In this document: positions 1 to 10,700 of the stretch, piece after piece | Position numbering within the stretch: the stretch's first letter is position 1 | Layout: each line of letters starts with the position of its first letter | IMG/VR virus record: IMGVR_UViG_3300043427_003402 | Origin: a virus | Strand: one strand, 5' to 3' | Length of the DNA: 64,000 bases | Notes under the pieces: model-generated | Databases searched by the model: none | What the model saw: only the letters and a program-made list of their open reading frames with translations | Told to the model about the DNA's origin: nothing | Made by a program: the position numbers and the translations under genes

Positions 1-289
1 ACCGGTAGTACCGAAGGTTGGCCAGCTGCACCTCTTGCGGTGTGAGGCGCACCTGCGGCGGATTTATTGCGGAAAAGTTCGTCGCGAGCGCGGCTATATC
101 TGCGGCGCTACGCGCCTTGGCTAGGACGGTGAGCGGATGGCTGTTCAACCTGAATGCACGTAACTGCGACACGGGATCCCCATGCGCGTCTTCCGGAAAA
201 GGCGACGTGGCCGTGTCATTCGATTCCAAGAACCGGTTGGTCGGCAGGTCGACGGGGCGGAATATAGAGTAAGCGCTTTTATCTAGCAT
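1..289 (-). CDS. hypothetical protein, runs off the window edge
   Basis: ATG at 289 preceded by AAGGGG RBS; frame MLDKSAYSIFRPVDLP... stays open to position 1; not in the ORF track. Confidence 0.65.
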   Translation of the reverse strand, partial: MLDKSAYSIFRPVDLPTNRFLESNDTATSPFPEDAHGDPVSQLRAFRLNSHPLTVLAKARSAADIAALATNFSAINPPQVRLTPQEVQLANLRYYR

Positions 290-299
290 CGCGTCCCCT

Positions 300-683
300 T
301 TAAACAGTATTAGCCGTTCCACCGAACACGCCTAAAACTCCACCCACTATGCGCTGCTCCAGCTTCGGGCGCGCTGGGATAGGTTTACGTGTAGGGTCCC
401 AAAGTTTTTTCGCTGTCGCGTGATAGCCTTTTCCAAGTAAGGGGAAGGCGACACCGCCCAGCGCCCCGGCTGCAACGGCACCCCCGACGGCCCCCCTTAA
501 GGCGCGTTGCCCTAAACTGGTTTGCCCGTCGTCGTTTAGCGCGCCAGCCGCAGCACCGGTCACTGCACCTGTGCCGGTGTGCCGCGCAACGTGCGCCACC
601 GCCGAGCCAAAGCTCGCTTGCTTTACGGCGCGTGCACGGGCGAAGGCGGAACGAGCCAAGTAACCAGCAGTCTGAGAGTCCAT
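300..683 (-). CDS. glycine-zipper protein with K-x-A leader (putative internal virion protein)
   Basis: Leader ending KQA, then GAVTGAAAGAL and GAVGGAVAAGALGG zippers. Confidence 0.6.
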   Translation of the reverse strand: MDSQTAGYLARSAFARARAVKQASFGSAVAHVARHTGTGAVTGAAAGALNDDGQTSLGQRALRGAVGGAVAAGALGGVAFPLLGKGYHATAKKLWDPTRKPIPARPKLEQRIVGGVLGVFGGTANTV

Positions 684-685
684 GT

Positions 686-1489
686 CTAACTCCGTAAATA
701 ATCTACAGCGCGAGTATAGCGTTGCGTCTGCTCCGCAATTTCCGTGCGTAGCGCCTGGATGCGCGCGGGCGTTACCTTAAGCTTTTCCGCGAGTTGCTGC
801 CCGCTTAACACTGGCGCGCCCTTGTACCCGACGGTGTGTTCGAACACCACTTTGTGCACAGGGCTGAAATCGTGGTGCAAAAAGTCCAGCACCATTTCCC
901 GGTGGCCAGTTTGTTCCATAGCCGGCTGGTTCGCTCCCGCAGCTTCGGTGGCGGAATACAGGCTCGTTTGCGCCCGGTGCAGGTCGCCTAGCCGGTGCGG
1001 CGCAACACCGAGGCGCTGCGCAATTTGCGTCGGTGTCGGTTCCGTACCGAGCTCTAGGCGTAAGTCGGCTTGTGCTGTTATCGCCTTATTCCGCATATAC
1101 GCGCGATCAAGGGGCATGCGAACATCTGACCTGTGCGTCATTACAAACCCGTCTAACTTCCGTAAGTGGTTTGTAAAGTGCGTGCCCAGCGTACCTTTAG
1201 CAGGGTCGTAGCTGGGCAGGGATTGCGCCATCAAACGCTTTGCTTCCGCCTCCAAGACGACCCGCGGCAGCCCTGACGCCTCCCACCGCGAGACCTCGCG
1301 ATGCACTAACGGCGCGTACTGCTCAAAAACTGCGTTAGCTGAATTCTTTTTCGGCGCGGGGCTTTCCGTAGCCGCCGCTCCGGTGCTCGCCACACTATCG
1401 GCGCCTAACATCTGCTCCTCGAACGAGGGGCGCTTGACCGCAGGTTTGGCAGCCTGTTTCTTTTTAAGCTGCTCAATAAAATTAGCCAC
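686..1489 (-). CDS. phage sigma-70-family RNA polymerase sigma factor
   Basis: Region-2-like YAPLV...SYDPAKGTLGTH, region-3-like LGTEPTPTQIAQRLG, region-4 HTH LSGQQLAEKLKVTPARIQAL. Confidence 0.75.
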   Translation of the reverse strand: MANFIEQLKKKQAAKPAVKRPSFEEQMLGADSVASTGAAATESPAPKKNSANAVFEQYAPLVHREVSRWEASGLPRVVLEAEAKRLMAQSLPSYDPAKGTLGTHFTNHLRKLDGFVMTHRSDVRMPLDRAYMRNKAITAQADLRLELGTEPTPTQIAQRLGVAPHRLGDLHRAQTSLYSATEAAGANQPAMEQTGHREMVLDFLHHDFSPVHKVVFEHTVGYKGAPVLSGQQLAEKLKVTPARIQALRTEIAEQTQRYTRAVDYLRS

Positions 1490-2108
1490 TGGTAAGCCTC
1501 GGCGGCTCGGGTTGCAGCGCGGAGTAATGTGCCGCGCGCGCTAGCGCGCTGTCCAAGACCTGCCGTTTAGCGGCGCGCGCAGCAGCTGAGTCCGCGAAAT
1601 AGCCAGCGGCCAACGTACCGGCTACGGCGCCTCCGAGGCCGGCTGCGGGGCCCACTGTGCGGTAAAGTGGCACGCCCGCAGCGAGGCCGCCCGTTATGGC
1701 CCCCGCCAACGTAAGCGGGTAAAGCTCGCGTCGGCGCGCCATGTACTCTGCGCGGCTGGTAGGATCATTCGCTAGCGCGTACTGAAACAACGGCTCTTCT
1801 AAGTGTGGCGGCAACGCAGCGACTTTTTGCTGTGCTTGCGCGGGCGAAAGCCGCGCGGTTTTCTCCAGTACAGCTGCCCACTTTTCAAGCCTCGACAAGG
1901 TGCCATACGCTTCGCGCACAGCAGCACGGGACGCCACTTTTTCCACGTGGGTGGCCCGGTGCCAGTTAGCTACACAAGTTTCTTGCGCCTTCTTGGCAAA
2001 CTCCTGCAGGTGTGCCGCGTGCGCGGTATTCCGCTCGTCGAACGCTTCGCCTAGTCCGGCGGCCTTTATAACGCTGTCAGCGAGTACTTTTAAATCTGCG
2101 GAAGCCAT
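1482..2108 (-). CDS. glycine-zipper protein with multiple K-x-A motifs
   Basis: KAA, KKA, KVA, KWA, KTA, KVA in the N-terminal half; C-terminal GAITGGLAAG / GLGGAVAG hydrophobic zippers. Confidence 0.6.
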   Translation of the reverse strand: MASADLKVLADSVIKAAGLGEAFDERNTAHAAHLQEFAKKAQETCVANWHRATHVEKVASRAAVREAYGTLSRLEKWAAVLEKTARLSPAQAQQKVAALPPHLEEPLFQYALANDPTSRAEYMARRRELYPLTLAGAITGGLAAGVPLYRTVGPAAGLGGAVAGTLAAGYFADSAAARAAKRQVLDSALARAAHYSALQPEPPRLTSG

Positions 2109-2134
2109 ATACGCTCCTACCCCGTCAAGCGACG

Positions 2135-5100
2135 TTAATCGTTATGCGGCAACGCCTCGAACTGGCGCACGTGTAAATTATGCCTAAGAACTAGGCCCCT
2201 AATGTTATTATCGAACACCAGTACGGCCCCGGGGTCTTTGCGCACTCCGTTGGCGAAAATAGGAGGTTGCTTGTACACAACAATTTGCTCAGGGATACCT
2301 TTTACCCCCGTGGGTAGCTTAGCTGCGGTCTGGGTCGTTTTTTGTACCGTGGTCGCGTCGGCGGCTGCCTCCTCCTCGGCGGCGGTGTTCTCGATGTCTT
2401 CTTTTAACGCGTAATCGACTAAACTGGCGTTAGCAGCGGCTAGATTGTTTTGCCCTAAGCGCTGCACGCCCCGGCGGTTGTACGCGTAGGCTTGCTGGAC
2501 GGAAAGCGTACGCGACACGTTGCGGATGGTGTCCGCAAAAATAAAATTGGATTCCACGTTCAGTAAGGGCTTCTGGTTGTTGGCAGCTTGGTTGTACCCT
2601 AGATACACGGCGTAAGTGTTAAAGTTGCGCACGTTTGCTGTCAGGCCCGTTCGCGCCTTTTGTGCCGCCTTCTGGTCCACCCGCCCAAGACCGAACCCGC
2701 CATCGTAAACAAAGATGGGCGGCAGCTTCGTTTCGAGGTCATGAAGTTGGATCGGTAAGAACGTGCTGGGTATGACGCACGGCTTATCGGCAGTTTGGGC
2801 TAAGCGCTGGAGGTACGTGTAGTACAGCTCCGGGTCGCGCGCAATCGTCAAATTCGATAACGGCTCATTATCTGGTCCCTTTAACGGCTCTAACCCTAAC
2901 TTAGACATAATCGTGCCATTGTTGATCGGGGCCAACATAACAAACTGGTTCGTCAGCGTTTTACTAAAGGGAATCATGGCTTCGCGCTGCAGCATGTTAA
3001 AGGATGCTTTCGGCACCGTCCCTTTGGCGCGGTCCGTTTGCGTTTGTTCGTTTTGCGCGATCGCTTCAAACGCTTCTATGTCCTCCGCGTCCTCCGTGAT
3101 CGTTCGCCGCACGTGCGTCAGCGTCACTGTCGTCTGCATACCGGTGGGAGTAAAGTCGTGCGCCACGGCGTGCACGTAACCGACAAGGTCGTAGCCTGTG
3201 CGGGTGGTGTCAAGAACTAGCGCGGGGTAACCAGGCGTAACGTACGGGTGAAAAGGTAACGAGACGTTTAGCGTGTGCGGCGCGACCCGTGCTGAGTAAA
3301 ATTGATAGTTCAAGAACCCCCGCAAGAAGCCAAAAGTTATCTCGTTGAATTCGGGGATGTTTAGCTCTGCGGCGTTAGCCGGTGCTTGAACAAGGTCCTG
3401 GATGGCCGCTTGGGGCGCTTCGGCGGGCGCAGCACGTTTAGTGCCTGTACCTGTCGCTTGTGTAGGCGTGGGCGTAGCCGCGGCGCCGTTCGCTGCAGCC
3501 TCGGGGTACTGAGCAGAAAACTGGCGCGCGGCAGCGCTGGGCGCCGTGGTGCGCGATTCCGAAGCCGCCCCCTGCCGGCCTTCAGTTTGCGGTATTTTCT
3601 CGGCGGTAGCGGCGACGTCAGCCGGGGCAGTCGTCAGCGGGATGAACTGCGCACCCGAGCCAGAGCCGGTCAACCCTTTATCCCACGCGTTAAACTCCTC
3701 AAACAACTTGGTGCGAAAAGTGGAAATTAAAGATTGCAAGTCCTGCATGGCGGGCAAGTTATGCTGCCCGTTTAGCGCCGCCATCGACACGTTAAAGTAC
3801 TCATTTAGGGGCTTGACGGGTAAGGTCCCGGACTGCTTCGCGGGCTTGTCGAGAGTGCCGACTGAAGTCACCTGCAGCTCCTGAACCGCCGCAATTAACC
3901 TGGCGAGCGCGGTTTTCTGACTGTCGGTAACGCGGCCGTCTCGGCCTAAGTCGATTGCAATCGTTAAATTACGCTCGTTTCCGGTGTCCTCGACGACACT
4001 AAGGCCGAACTTAGACACGACAGCGCTTTTCGCGTCAGCGAGCAACCTGAAAGCGTTACGCACGCTGGTCGCTTTCCAAGCGCCGCTACCGGCTTGGCAG
4101 AAAAACCAAGGCTTCACTGTCGACGAGTCAGGTACCTTCTCAAGTGTGACGGGCGCGCGCGAGGGTAGCGCCGCGCCAGGCGCCTGCGCGGCCCCCGGTG
4201 CGTCAATGATGACGCGGTAAACGACTGCGCCTTGGTCGTCCTCTGCGGTCCCGACGGTGAGCACTTCGGCTCTCACCTCTTGCTGTGCTGCTTTGCCAAA
4301 CGGGATTAGGGCCCGGACGCGTCCCGACCTGAAGTCGTTAAGCTGCGCTGCACGCAGCGGGCGCTCAGGTGAAAAACTCCAGCCCCCGGTAGGCTCTAAG
4401 CGCCCGTCGCGTGTCTCGAACCTGAACACGAGCGCGTAGCGTTGATCGGCGCCCGCCAGCTTGACGATCTCGACATTAACCGCGTCGGCCCGTACAGTCT
4501 GGCTCCGCCATCCGGTGTATGACTTACCGTAAACAGGCGTGCTGTTATTGAGTGTCGCGTCGAGCGTCGGACTTGAGCCGGCTAGCTTAACTCCCAGCGG
4601 CACGGCGCTGGATTCCGCAAACCTGTGGTAGCTCCTAGAAAGCAGCTGCACCACCTTACCGTCCCGTAGTACCAAATAGTTCGTGTTGATGCCCTGCACC
4701 GCGGCGCGGCTAAGTGTTTCGTTTCTTTGAAAACTGTACCTGACGGGCACTAACGTGATACGCGTAGGCACGGCAAGAAAGTTGCTAGACGCGCTAGAAA
4801 AAACTCTGATTGACCCGCGAAGTGCCGCTGCGGTCTCATACGTCTTCGCGTCTAACCCGCCGTCGCCAAGCGCCACGCAAAGAAACGCCATGTACTTAGC
4901 GCGGCGGTCTTCGGGTTGCGCGGAGAACAGCTGCTGGGACAACGCATACTTTCGCTCAGTAGGATCGGAGTGCTTAGGCAGCTCCGGTAAGCCCGGTGCC
5001 CCATCGGTTTTTGACGTGCGCAGCGTCTGGCTGAGGACGACCGTATTCAGCAGCGGCGGCACCGTGTACTGCATCGTAACAATCCCGCGCCGATCCTCTT

Positions 5101-6349
5101 CGTGCGTTAGAAACGGCACGCCGTCCGCAGGTTTAAAAAACGTGAGCGGGCGCTTCTGCTCGTTCTTGGGCGGAGCGGGTGCTCCCGTAGCCGTTGCATC
5201 GAGTATTTTGCGCCACAGATACTGCAGCTCGGACGGCGCAAACATTGTGAGCTCTCGCTGAAACAACGTCAGGTCAAATTCGCCCGCGGTACCCAAGGGC
5301 GCGAACATCGTCTGCAGCCGTGTTGGCTGGCTGGCAAAATTTTCCCTAAACGCCAGTCCGCCAGTCATGCTGGGGAAAAACACGTTGCACCGCGGCACGG
5401 CATTAAAATGTGTTAAAGGTTTGATTTGAACCTGCTTGGTCACCGATTCCGCGTTTGGTATGACGTGTACCCCGTGCAGGAAGAACTGGCATATACCACG
5501 TATGACGTCCAGAAAAGTTTGCGAACCTCCTGCCTGCTGCGGGCCCTGAACAAGTAATTGAGCCATAAGCTTGGAGTAGACCTCCGACCAATCTATGAGA
5601 TCGGGATCGGGAAACTGGAAACGAGCAATCAGCTGGTGCATGTCCACTGCAACGCTGGTGTATGTGTCACTGAGCCGGCTGTTGCGGAATATCTTCCGGT
5701 AAAGTAGAAACGCGCCAAGAACAACGTCCCTGACCGTCAACTGCGTCGCGTTTGGCGTACGGTTAGGTGTTTTCACCGCGCTGGTCGCCGCAAGGGCGGT
5801 GTCCACTCTGGCCGTAGCCGAGAACTCGCGTAGGTCGGCCGTCAGCTGCTCGACGTTTAAAAGCTCTAGAATGTTTCCGGTGAACGCGGCGTTCACTTGC
5901 GTGCCGCCTAGGTTACCTGCGCCCCCTAACGCCTGAATTGAAGTCGTGGTATCGAGCGTGGTAATCTCGTACTGGTCTAAGTGCGAGGTGACGTGCACCG
6001 CGGTGAACGTCAAGTTTCGAGTATCGTCCCCCTTTTCAAACCCTCGTTCGGTAATCTCGAACTCGCCCATGACAATCACGTTGTGCGGGGGCGCCGGCTC
6101 CACAGCGATTAAGTGTACACGTGCGCGCGGGCCGACGTGACGCAGTTCTGGCGTAGCCGGCACGGTAATCGCGATGTAGGGTATTCCGCCCTCTTCGGTC
6201 ATCATCTGAACGGAGACAAACCGGCACTTCACGCCCTCAATGTACAGCGCTACTGTGTCGCGAGGAGCGAAGGCCGGGTTCGACTGGAAGCTTTCGGTCA
6301 TGTTTAAATAGCCTTGTTGATCACGGAGCCGTACTGTAGCCGCTCGCAC
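2135..6349 (-). CDS. large baseplate hub/tail-tip-like protein with degenerate amidase-like insert
   Basis: 1404 aa; hub-like C-terminal strands (LNVSLPFHPYVTPGYPALV...GYVHAVAHDF...TTVTLTHVR); downstream of the tape-measure-like gene. Confidence 0.5.
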   Translation of the reverse strand: MRAATVRLRDQQGYLNMTESFQSNPAFAPRDTVALYIEGVKCRFVSVQMMTEEGGIPYIAITVPATPELRHVGPRARVHLIAVEPAPPHNVIVMGEFEITERGFEKGDDTRNLTFTAVHVTSHLDQYEITTLDTTTSIQALGGAGNLGGTQVNAAFTGNILELLNVEQLTADLREFSATARVDTALAATSAVKTPNRTPNATQLTVRDVVLGAFLLYRKIFRNSRLSDTYTSVAVDMHQLIARFQFPDPDLIDWSEVYSKLMAQLLVQGPQQAGGSQTFLDVIRGICQFFLHGVHVIPNAESVTKQVQIKPLTHFNAVPRCNVFFPSMTGGLAFRENFASQPTRLQTMFAPLGTAGEFDLTLFQRELTMFAPSELQYLWRKILDATATGAPAPPKNEQKRPLTFFKPADGVPFLTHEEDRRGIVTMQYTVPPLLNTVVLSQTLRTSKTDGAPGLPELPKHSDPTERKYALSQQLFSAQPEDRRAKYMAFLCVALGDGGLDAKTYETAAALRGSIRVFSSASSNFLAVPTRITLVPVRYSFQRNETLSRAAVQGINTNYLVLRDGKVVQLLSRSYHRFAESSAVPLGVKLAGSSPTLDATLNNSTPVYGKSYTGWRSQTVRADAVNVEIVKLAGADQRYALVFRFETRDGRLEPTGGWSFSPERPLRAAQLNDFRSGRVRALIPFGKAAQQEVRAEVLTVGTAEDDQGAVVYRVIIDAPGAAQAPGAALPSRAPVTLEKVPDSSTVKPWFFCQAGSGAWKATSVRNAFRLLADAKSAVVSKFGLSVVEDTGNERNLTIAIDLGRDGRVTDSQKTALARLIAAVQELQVTSVGTLDKPAKQSGTLPVKPLNEYFNVSMAALNGQHNLPAMQDLQSLISTFRTKLFEEFNAWDKGLTGSGSGAQFIPLTTAPADVAATAEKIPQTEGRQGAASESRTTAPSAAARQFSAQYPEAAANGAAATPTPTQATGTGTKRAAPAEAPQAAIQDLVQAPANAAELNIPEFNEITFGFLRGFLNYQFYSARVAPHTLNVSLPFHPYVTPGYPALVLDTTRTGYDLVGYVHAVAHDFTPTGMQTTVTLTHVRRTITEDAEDIEAFEAIAQNEQTQTDRAKGTVPKASFNMLQREAMIPFSKTLTNQFVMLAPINNGTIMSKLGLEPLKGPDNEPLSNLTIARDPELYYTYLQRLAQTADKPCVIPSTFLPIQLHDLETKLPPIFVYDGGFGLGRVDQKAAQKARTGLTANVRNFNTYAVYLGYNQAANNQKPLLNVESNFIFADTIRNVSRTLSVQQAYAYNRRGVQRLGQNNLAAANASLVDYALKEDIENTAAEEEAAADATTVQKTTQTAAKLPTGVKGIPEQIVVYKQPPIFANGVRKDPGAVLVFDNNIRGLVLRHNLHVRQFEALPHND

Positions 6350-7767
6350 CAGATAGCGACCTTCTGTACTATATCACCTGCGCGATCAATAACTAAACTG
6401 GCATCGTAACTTTCCAGATCGGGGCTTTCCTGGCGAATAATCTTACCGAGATCGTGGGCAACAGGCTGAATCATATCCAAGAACGGATAGAGCGCGGCGG
6501 GCCGATGAATAATTTGTGCGCTCAACGGGGAACGGATACGCGTGTCGGTAGTGAACTGTAAGAAGTAGTTAAGCAGGTCACCCTGTAACCACACCGCCAT
6601 TTGCTGCAGAACAGGCCCGGGCGTCAACGTACCAGGTAAAGGCGGAACAGCGCTTATCACTGCATACGTCCGCGCGCTCAATGGGGCTGAGAACTGACCC
6701 AATCTACCTGCTGCGTTCACAGCGCGGGCGGTGAACGTGTACACCGTATCTGGCGTTAAATTGGTGTAAGTCTGCACGAACGGTAGCGGTTCGCGCAGCG
6801 TCAACCCGAGCCCTGTAAGGTCACCAAGGGCAACAGTTGCGGGGTCGTCCGGCGCCTGCTCGACCAACAACCTTATTGAGGTTGCGGACAGCGCCTGAAT
6901 AGTAATGTGGGGCGGGCGCGGGACAACGTTCCAGACCTGCGCCTCAGACACGACTTGGCGTTGCGCTAAGCTTGAATCAACTGCCGTTATGCGAAGTTTG
7001 AGTGTCCCGTCAAAAGCCGAGACTGGCACGAGCACCGGCTCCACAGCGTGGCCGCTAACTATAGGCGTCGCTTCCGCGCCTCGGGTAACGGACCACGAAA
7101 CCGTGGCAGCCGGGTCGTCGACGTCAAAGTTCGCGCGGGCTTCGGTTAGCGATATGCTCCATGGGCCTACCGTGATATTCGGGCCCGTTGACGCAGGTGT
7201 AAAACTTAATAGCGGAGAGGCGCCCGACTCGGCGCCCGTCGCGTCAGCGCCCCGCATGAACAAAGCATTTAAGTTAGCCGTGTTAAACGTCAGCGCAGCA
7301 GAGGTCTGCGCAACAGGGTACGTGGCCAGTAACGTGACCGTTCCGTTCCCAGTACGATGATAAAGCCGCCATGCAATGTTTGCCTCCGATACGGCAGCTG
7401 CGCCCCACGTAAGCTCAAGTCCCGTGCTGGTAAATTGGCTAAACGCCAGCCAATCCGGGGCAGCCGGCCGCGTGCGATTCTGGACGTCAAATTCGGTCGA
7501 GCGTGTGGTGGCTGTACCAAAAGCGTCAACGGCCGTAACCTCAGCAAAGACCCTACCGTCGAAGTTCGTCACGTCTAAGCTCGCCGTGCCTGTCAGGGCC
7601 GTACTGGTCACAGTGCTGGGCGTGTCGGTGACGCGCCACACCCTGTACCGCACAGAGCTTACCGGCGGTTCAGTATCTGAGTAGATCGTCCACGTGATTT
7701 CGGCCTGTGAGCTTGTGATTACCCAAGGTTCAAAAACGATGTTAAGCACGGGTACTCCTGACTTCAA
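6304..7767 (-). CDS. fibronectin type III domain virion protein
   Basis: FN3 signature TNLTPDTVYTFTARAVNAAG plus further beta-sandwich repeats. Confidence 0.65.
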   Translation of the reverse strand: MKSGVPVLNIVFEPWVITSSQAEITWTIYSDTEPPVSSVRYRVWRVTDTPSTVTSTALTGTASLDVTNFDGRVFAEVTAVDAFGTATTRSTEFDVQNRTRPAAPDWLAFSQFTSTGLELTWGAAAVSEANIAWRLYHRTGNGTVTLLATYPVAQTSAALTFNTANLNALFMRGADATGAESGASPLLSFTPASTGPNITVGPWSISLTEARANFDVDDPAATVSWSVTRGAEATPIVSGHAVEPVLVPVSAFDGTLKLRITAVDSSLAQRQVVSEAQVWNVVPRPPHITIQALSATSIRLLVEQAPDDPATVALGDLTGLGLTLREPLPFVQTYTNLTPDTVYTFTARAVNAAGRLGQFSAPLSARTYAVISAVPPLPGTLTPGPVLQQMAVWLQGDLLNYFLQFTTDTRIRSPLSAQIIHRPAALYPFLDMIQPVAHDLGKIIRQESPDLESYDASLVIDRAGDIVQKVAIWCERLQYGSVINKAI

Positions 7768-10700
7768 CCAATTGGTGGAAAGGTTTTCTTGAACCAGTCT
7801 ACGACAGTTTGCGCTGCTTTGCGCTTCTTGTCAGCGACTTCCTGAGGCGGCTTGCTTGTCGGGGCTTTTGTGTCCGCCTTCGTAGTCGCGGCCTGCCTTT
7901 GCAGGTCCGCTAAAAGTTTGGACACTTTTGCGGCGCGTTGGGCAGTGTCGCCTCCTTGGGCAAGCGGTAAAGTCGCCCAATTTGTAACAAGTATCTGCAG
8001 GGTAAACGGCGTGGCAGTTTGAACTTCCGGATTATGCTGCGGAACAAAAGCAACCGCGTACCCGTAGACTTTAATGCGCAAGGCGGGAATGACGATTACC
8101 ATTTTCTGCTTGTGCTCTGCAAGCGCGGTGATCCGCAGGAATTTCTCGTATAGCAGCCTGAACTTATTGAGCTGGTCGGAAACCACGTCGTTAATCAGCA
8201 CGCCCGAGATGCTCCACATCTCAGGGCGCGGGCCGAACGCGAACGCCATGAAACTATCTGAAAGCGTGTCAACCAGCTGAAACTTCTCCGTATGGGCTTC
8301 CTGTAACCCGGTGAGCTTAAACTGGTTGTACCGGAACCCGGAATGCGAGCTGTCTAGGCCCTCCAAACCTTCTAGATGGTGGCCAGCACTACTGCCCCGT
8401 AAGACGCCCTCATTACGGCCGTCGAAGTCACAGAGGGTGATGTGGGCGTAGTTACCTGCGTTGAATTGCGCGGCGTTCAACGCAGCGAGCGGTACAGCAG
8501 CGCTTATCATACGGAAGTCCAGAATGTCGCCGCCAAATAGGTTTGTGACGGGAAGCATCGGGGAGCTGTCTTTTGAGGGCGCAGGGGCAGGCGCGCTTTG
8601 AGCGGGGGTACCAGCCTTGGGCACCGGAGGCGGCGGAGGCACGGTGCCAGGTACATACGGCCGCACGGTAGGCGCTTCGGTTACATTTGCGCTCACCAAT
8701 TCGACTGTCTCATTTGTCGCGTTCTCGACCGCAGTCTGGTCGAGTTCGGGGGCGGGCCGCGGGGCAGGGAACGCAATACCGCGCGCGGCGCCCTCGGCGG
8801 CTTTCGCGTCCTCTGCTGGCTGGTCGGCTGCTTTACGAGCCTGAACCGCAGCCATTGCGTTCTCCAGTAACCGGCGGCTTTGCGGGTCGGTAGTCTGCGC
8901 GTAATGATTTTGCAAGTCGGCCAACGTGATAGCCCGCGAGCGTTGCCGCGCGCGTATCCGTGTGTAGCTCCGCTTCAGCACCGCGACCGAAGTCTCGGGC
9001 GCGATGGCGACGAAGTCCTGCACAGCCTTTCGCCGGGCGCGTGCATCGTCGGACTTGAGCCCAGTTAACAACTGCGCCGGGTACACGGGCAGTGCGCTAG
9101 CGAAGTCCACGCCGTTTCCGGTGACAAAAAATGTGCGCTTATCCGCGCCGAAATCTGCCGGTATAGCGGGCTGCATGGCGTTAAACAAACCCGTGATAGC
9201 CGTGTCTGCTTGCGTTGCGACGGCCGTGCGACCCAGTGCAATCAGCGCTTCTTTAGCTGAAGTTTTCATCTTCTCCGCCAAGAATAAGAGTGCCGAAATT
9301 CGATGCTTGGCACCGGGCGAGAGTACTGGCACCGTGTTACTAAGCTGGGCGCTGTACCCTAATACTTGCAAGCTGGCGTCGACGTACAGGTTTTTGATCT
9401 TCGTGACGCTTTTACCTTGCTCTTGCTGAGCCACTTGGCCGGTGCCGTTTAAGAACGTCTTGCTGTACGACGCCGTAGCGACAATCCCCATGATGTCTTG
9501 GAACCACGGCTGCTGTGCAACATTCGCGGTTGCGACACTCGTTTGCGTCATAGTGGCGTACGCGCGCGGTGTCGTCTCTAGGCTCTCGCCGACAAAGCCA
9601 CCGCGTATTGTAACAGGCAGCTCAGGGATAACATCCGCCACCTGCGCGGCGACGGTATGAATCGTTGATACGATGTCCCCTTGAGAGACAGTGGGCGAGT
9701 AAAGGCGTGCGATGACTTGGTCTCCTGCTGTGCGCAAGGCGGCTGGCAGCTTGGCAGTAAAAGCGGCCAACTGCGCCGTCACGTTCGCCAGCGCGTCGGT
9801 ACGGGTCTGGAACCTTACGCGTTCGATGGCGGTAGACCGTTGTTCCGGGAAATCGTAAGTGGCAGTGGGGCTGACTGTGTATACATTGTTTACAACCGTT
9901 ACCTGCGCCGTGCGGAGTTCGACGCTAGCTTGAGTGGGCGAAAAACCTAATACTTCAAACACGTAGTCCGCGCTCGTGGGCGCAACTCCGAGGGTGAGTT
10001 TGGCAAACATGTCCAGCGTGATCGCAGAACTAGACAAGCCCTCCAAGCGGATAAAGTCAGTCCGGGCAGCTGGCCGCATGCAAGCCGCATTGGCGGCCAG
10101 CGAAAACGACGAGAGCTGCACAGGATTTAAACCGGTGACGGCCTCTAGATCAATCGCGCTCACGGCGCTCTCGTTCTGAACCGTCGGTTTTAACGCCATA
10201 GGCGCCGCGGCGTTCAGCACTAGGACTTTGCGGTCGGCAGACACGCTCTGTACCGAGAAGTAACGCGGGGTAACTGCGGTCTGTATGGCGACCCTAGCTC
10301 CTAGGCCAGCCGCATCAGCCGCGCTAGGCGGCAGCGCGTCGATCAAGATGCGGTCTGCCGCTTGTACACCAGTAGCGAACTCCCCGCTGCCTGCGTGCAG
10401 CACGAGCCTGTCATACTCGTTAAGCTGTACCTGGACCACCGAAAAGTTCGCAGTGCGCGAGCCCGGTGCGGTAAGCACTGGCGGAAGAGCCGATGCTGTA
10501 TACGGTGCAAACATTGAACCCGCGCCCTCTAACGCGCGTCCGTCTAGCCGCGTGCTTGCCAGCAGTAAAAAATTGGGTACCGGTTGCGCAGTGACCCGGT
10601 GCGCGGCGTAGTAGGGCGACGGGGCCGTAACGCTCAGTTTGGCGTACGTCGTGGGCGTAAAAGCCGTGCCTGCCGGTAAGTTTGCGCCCGGACCGTGCAG

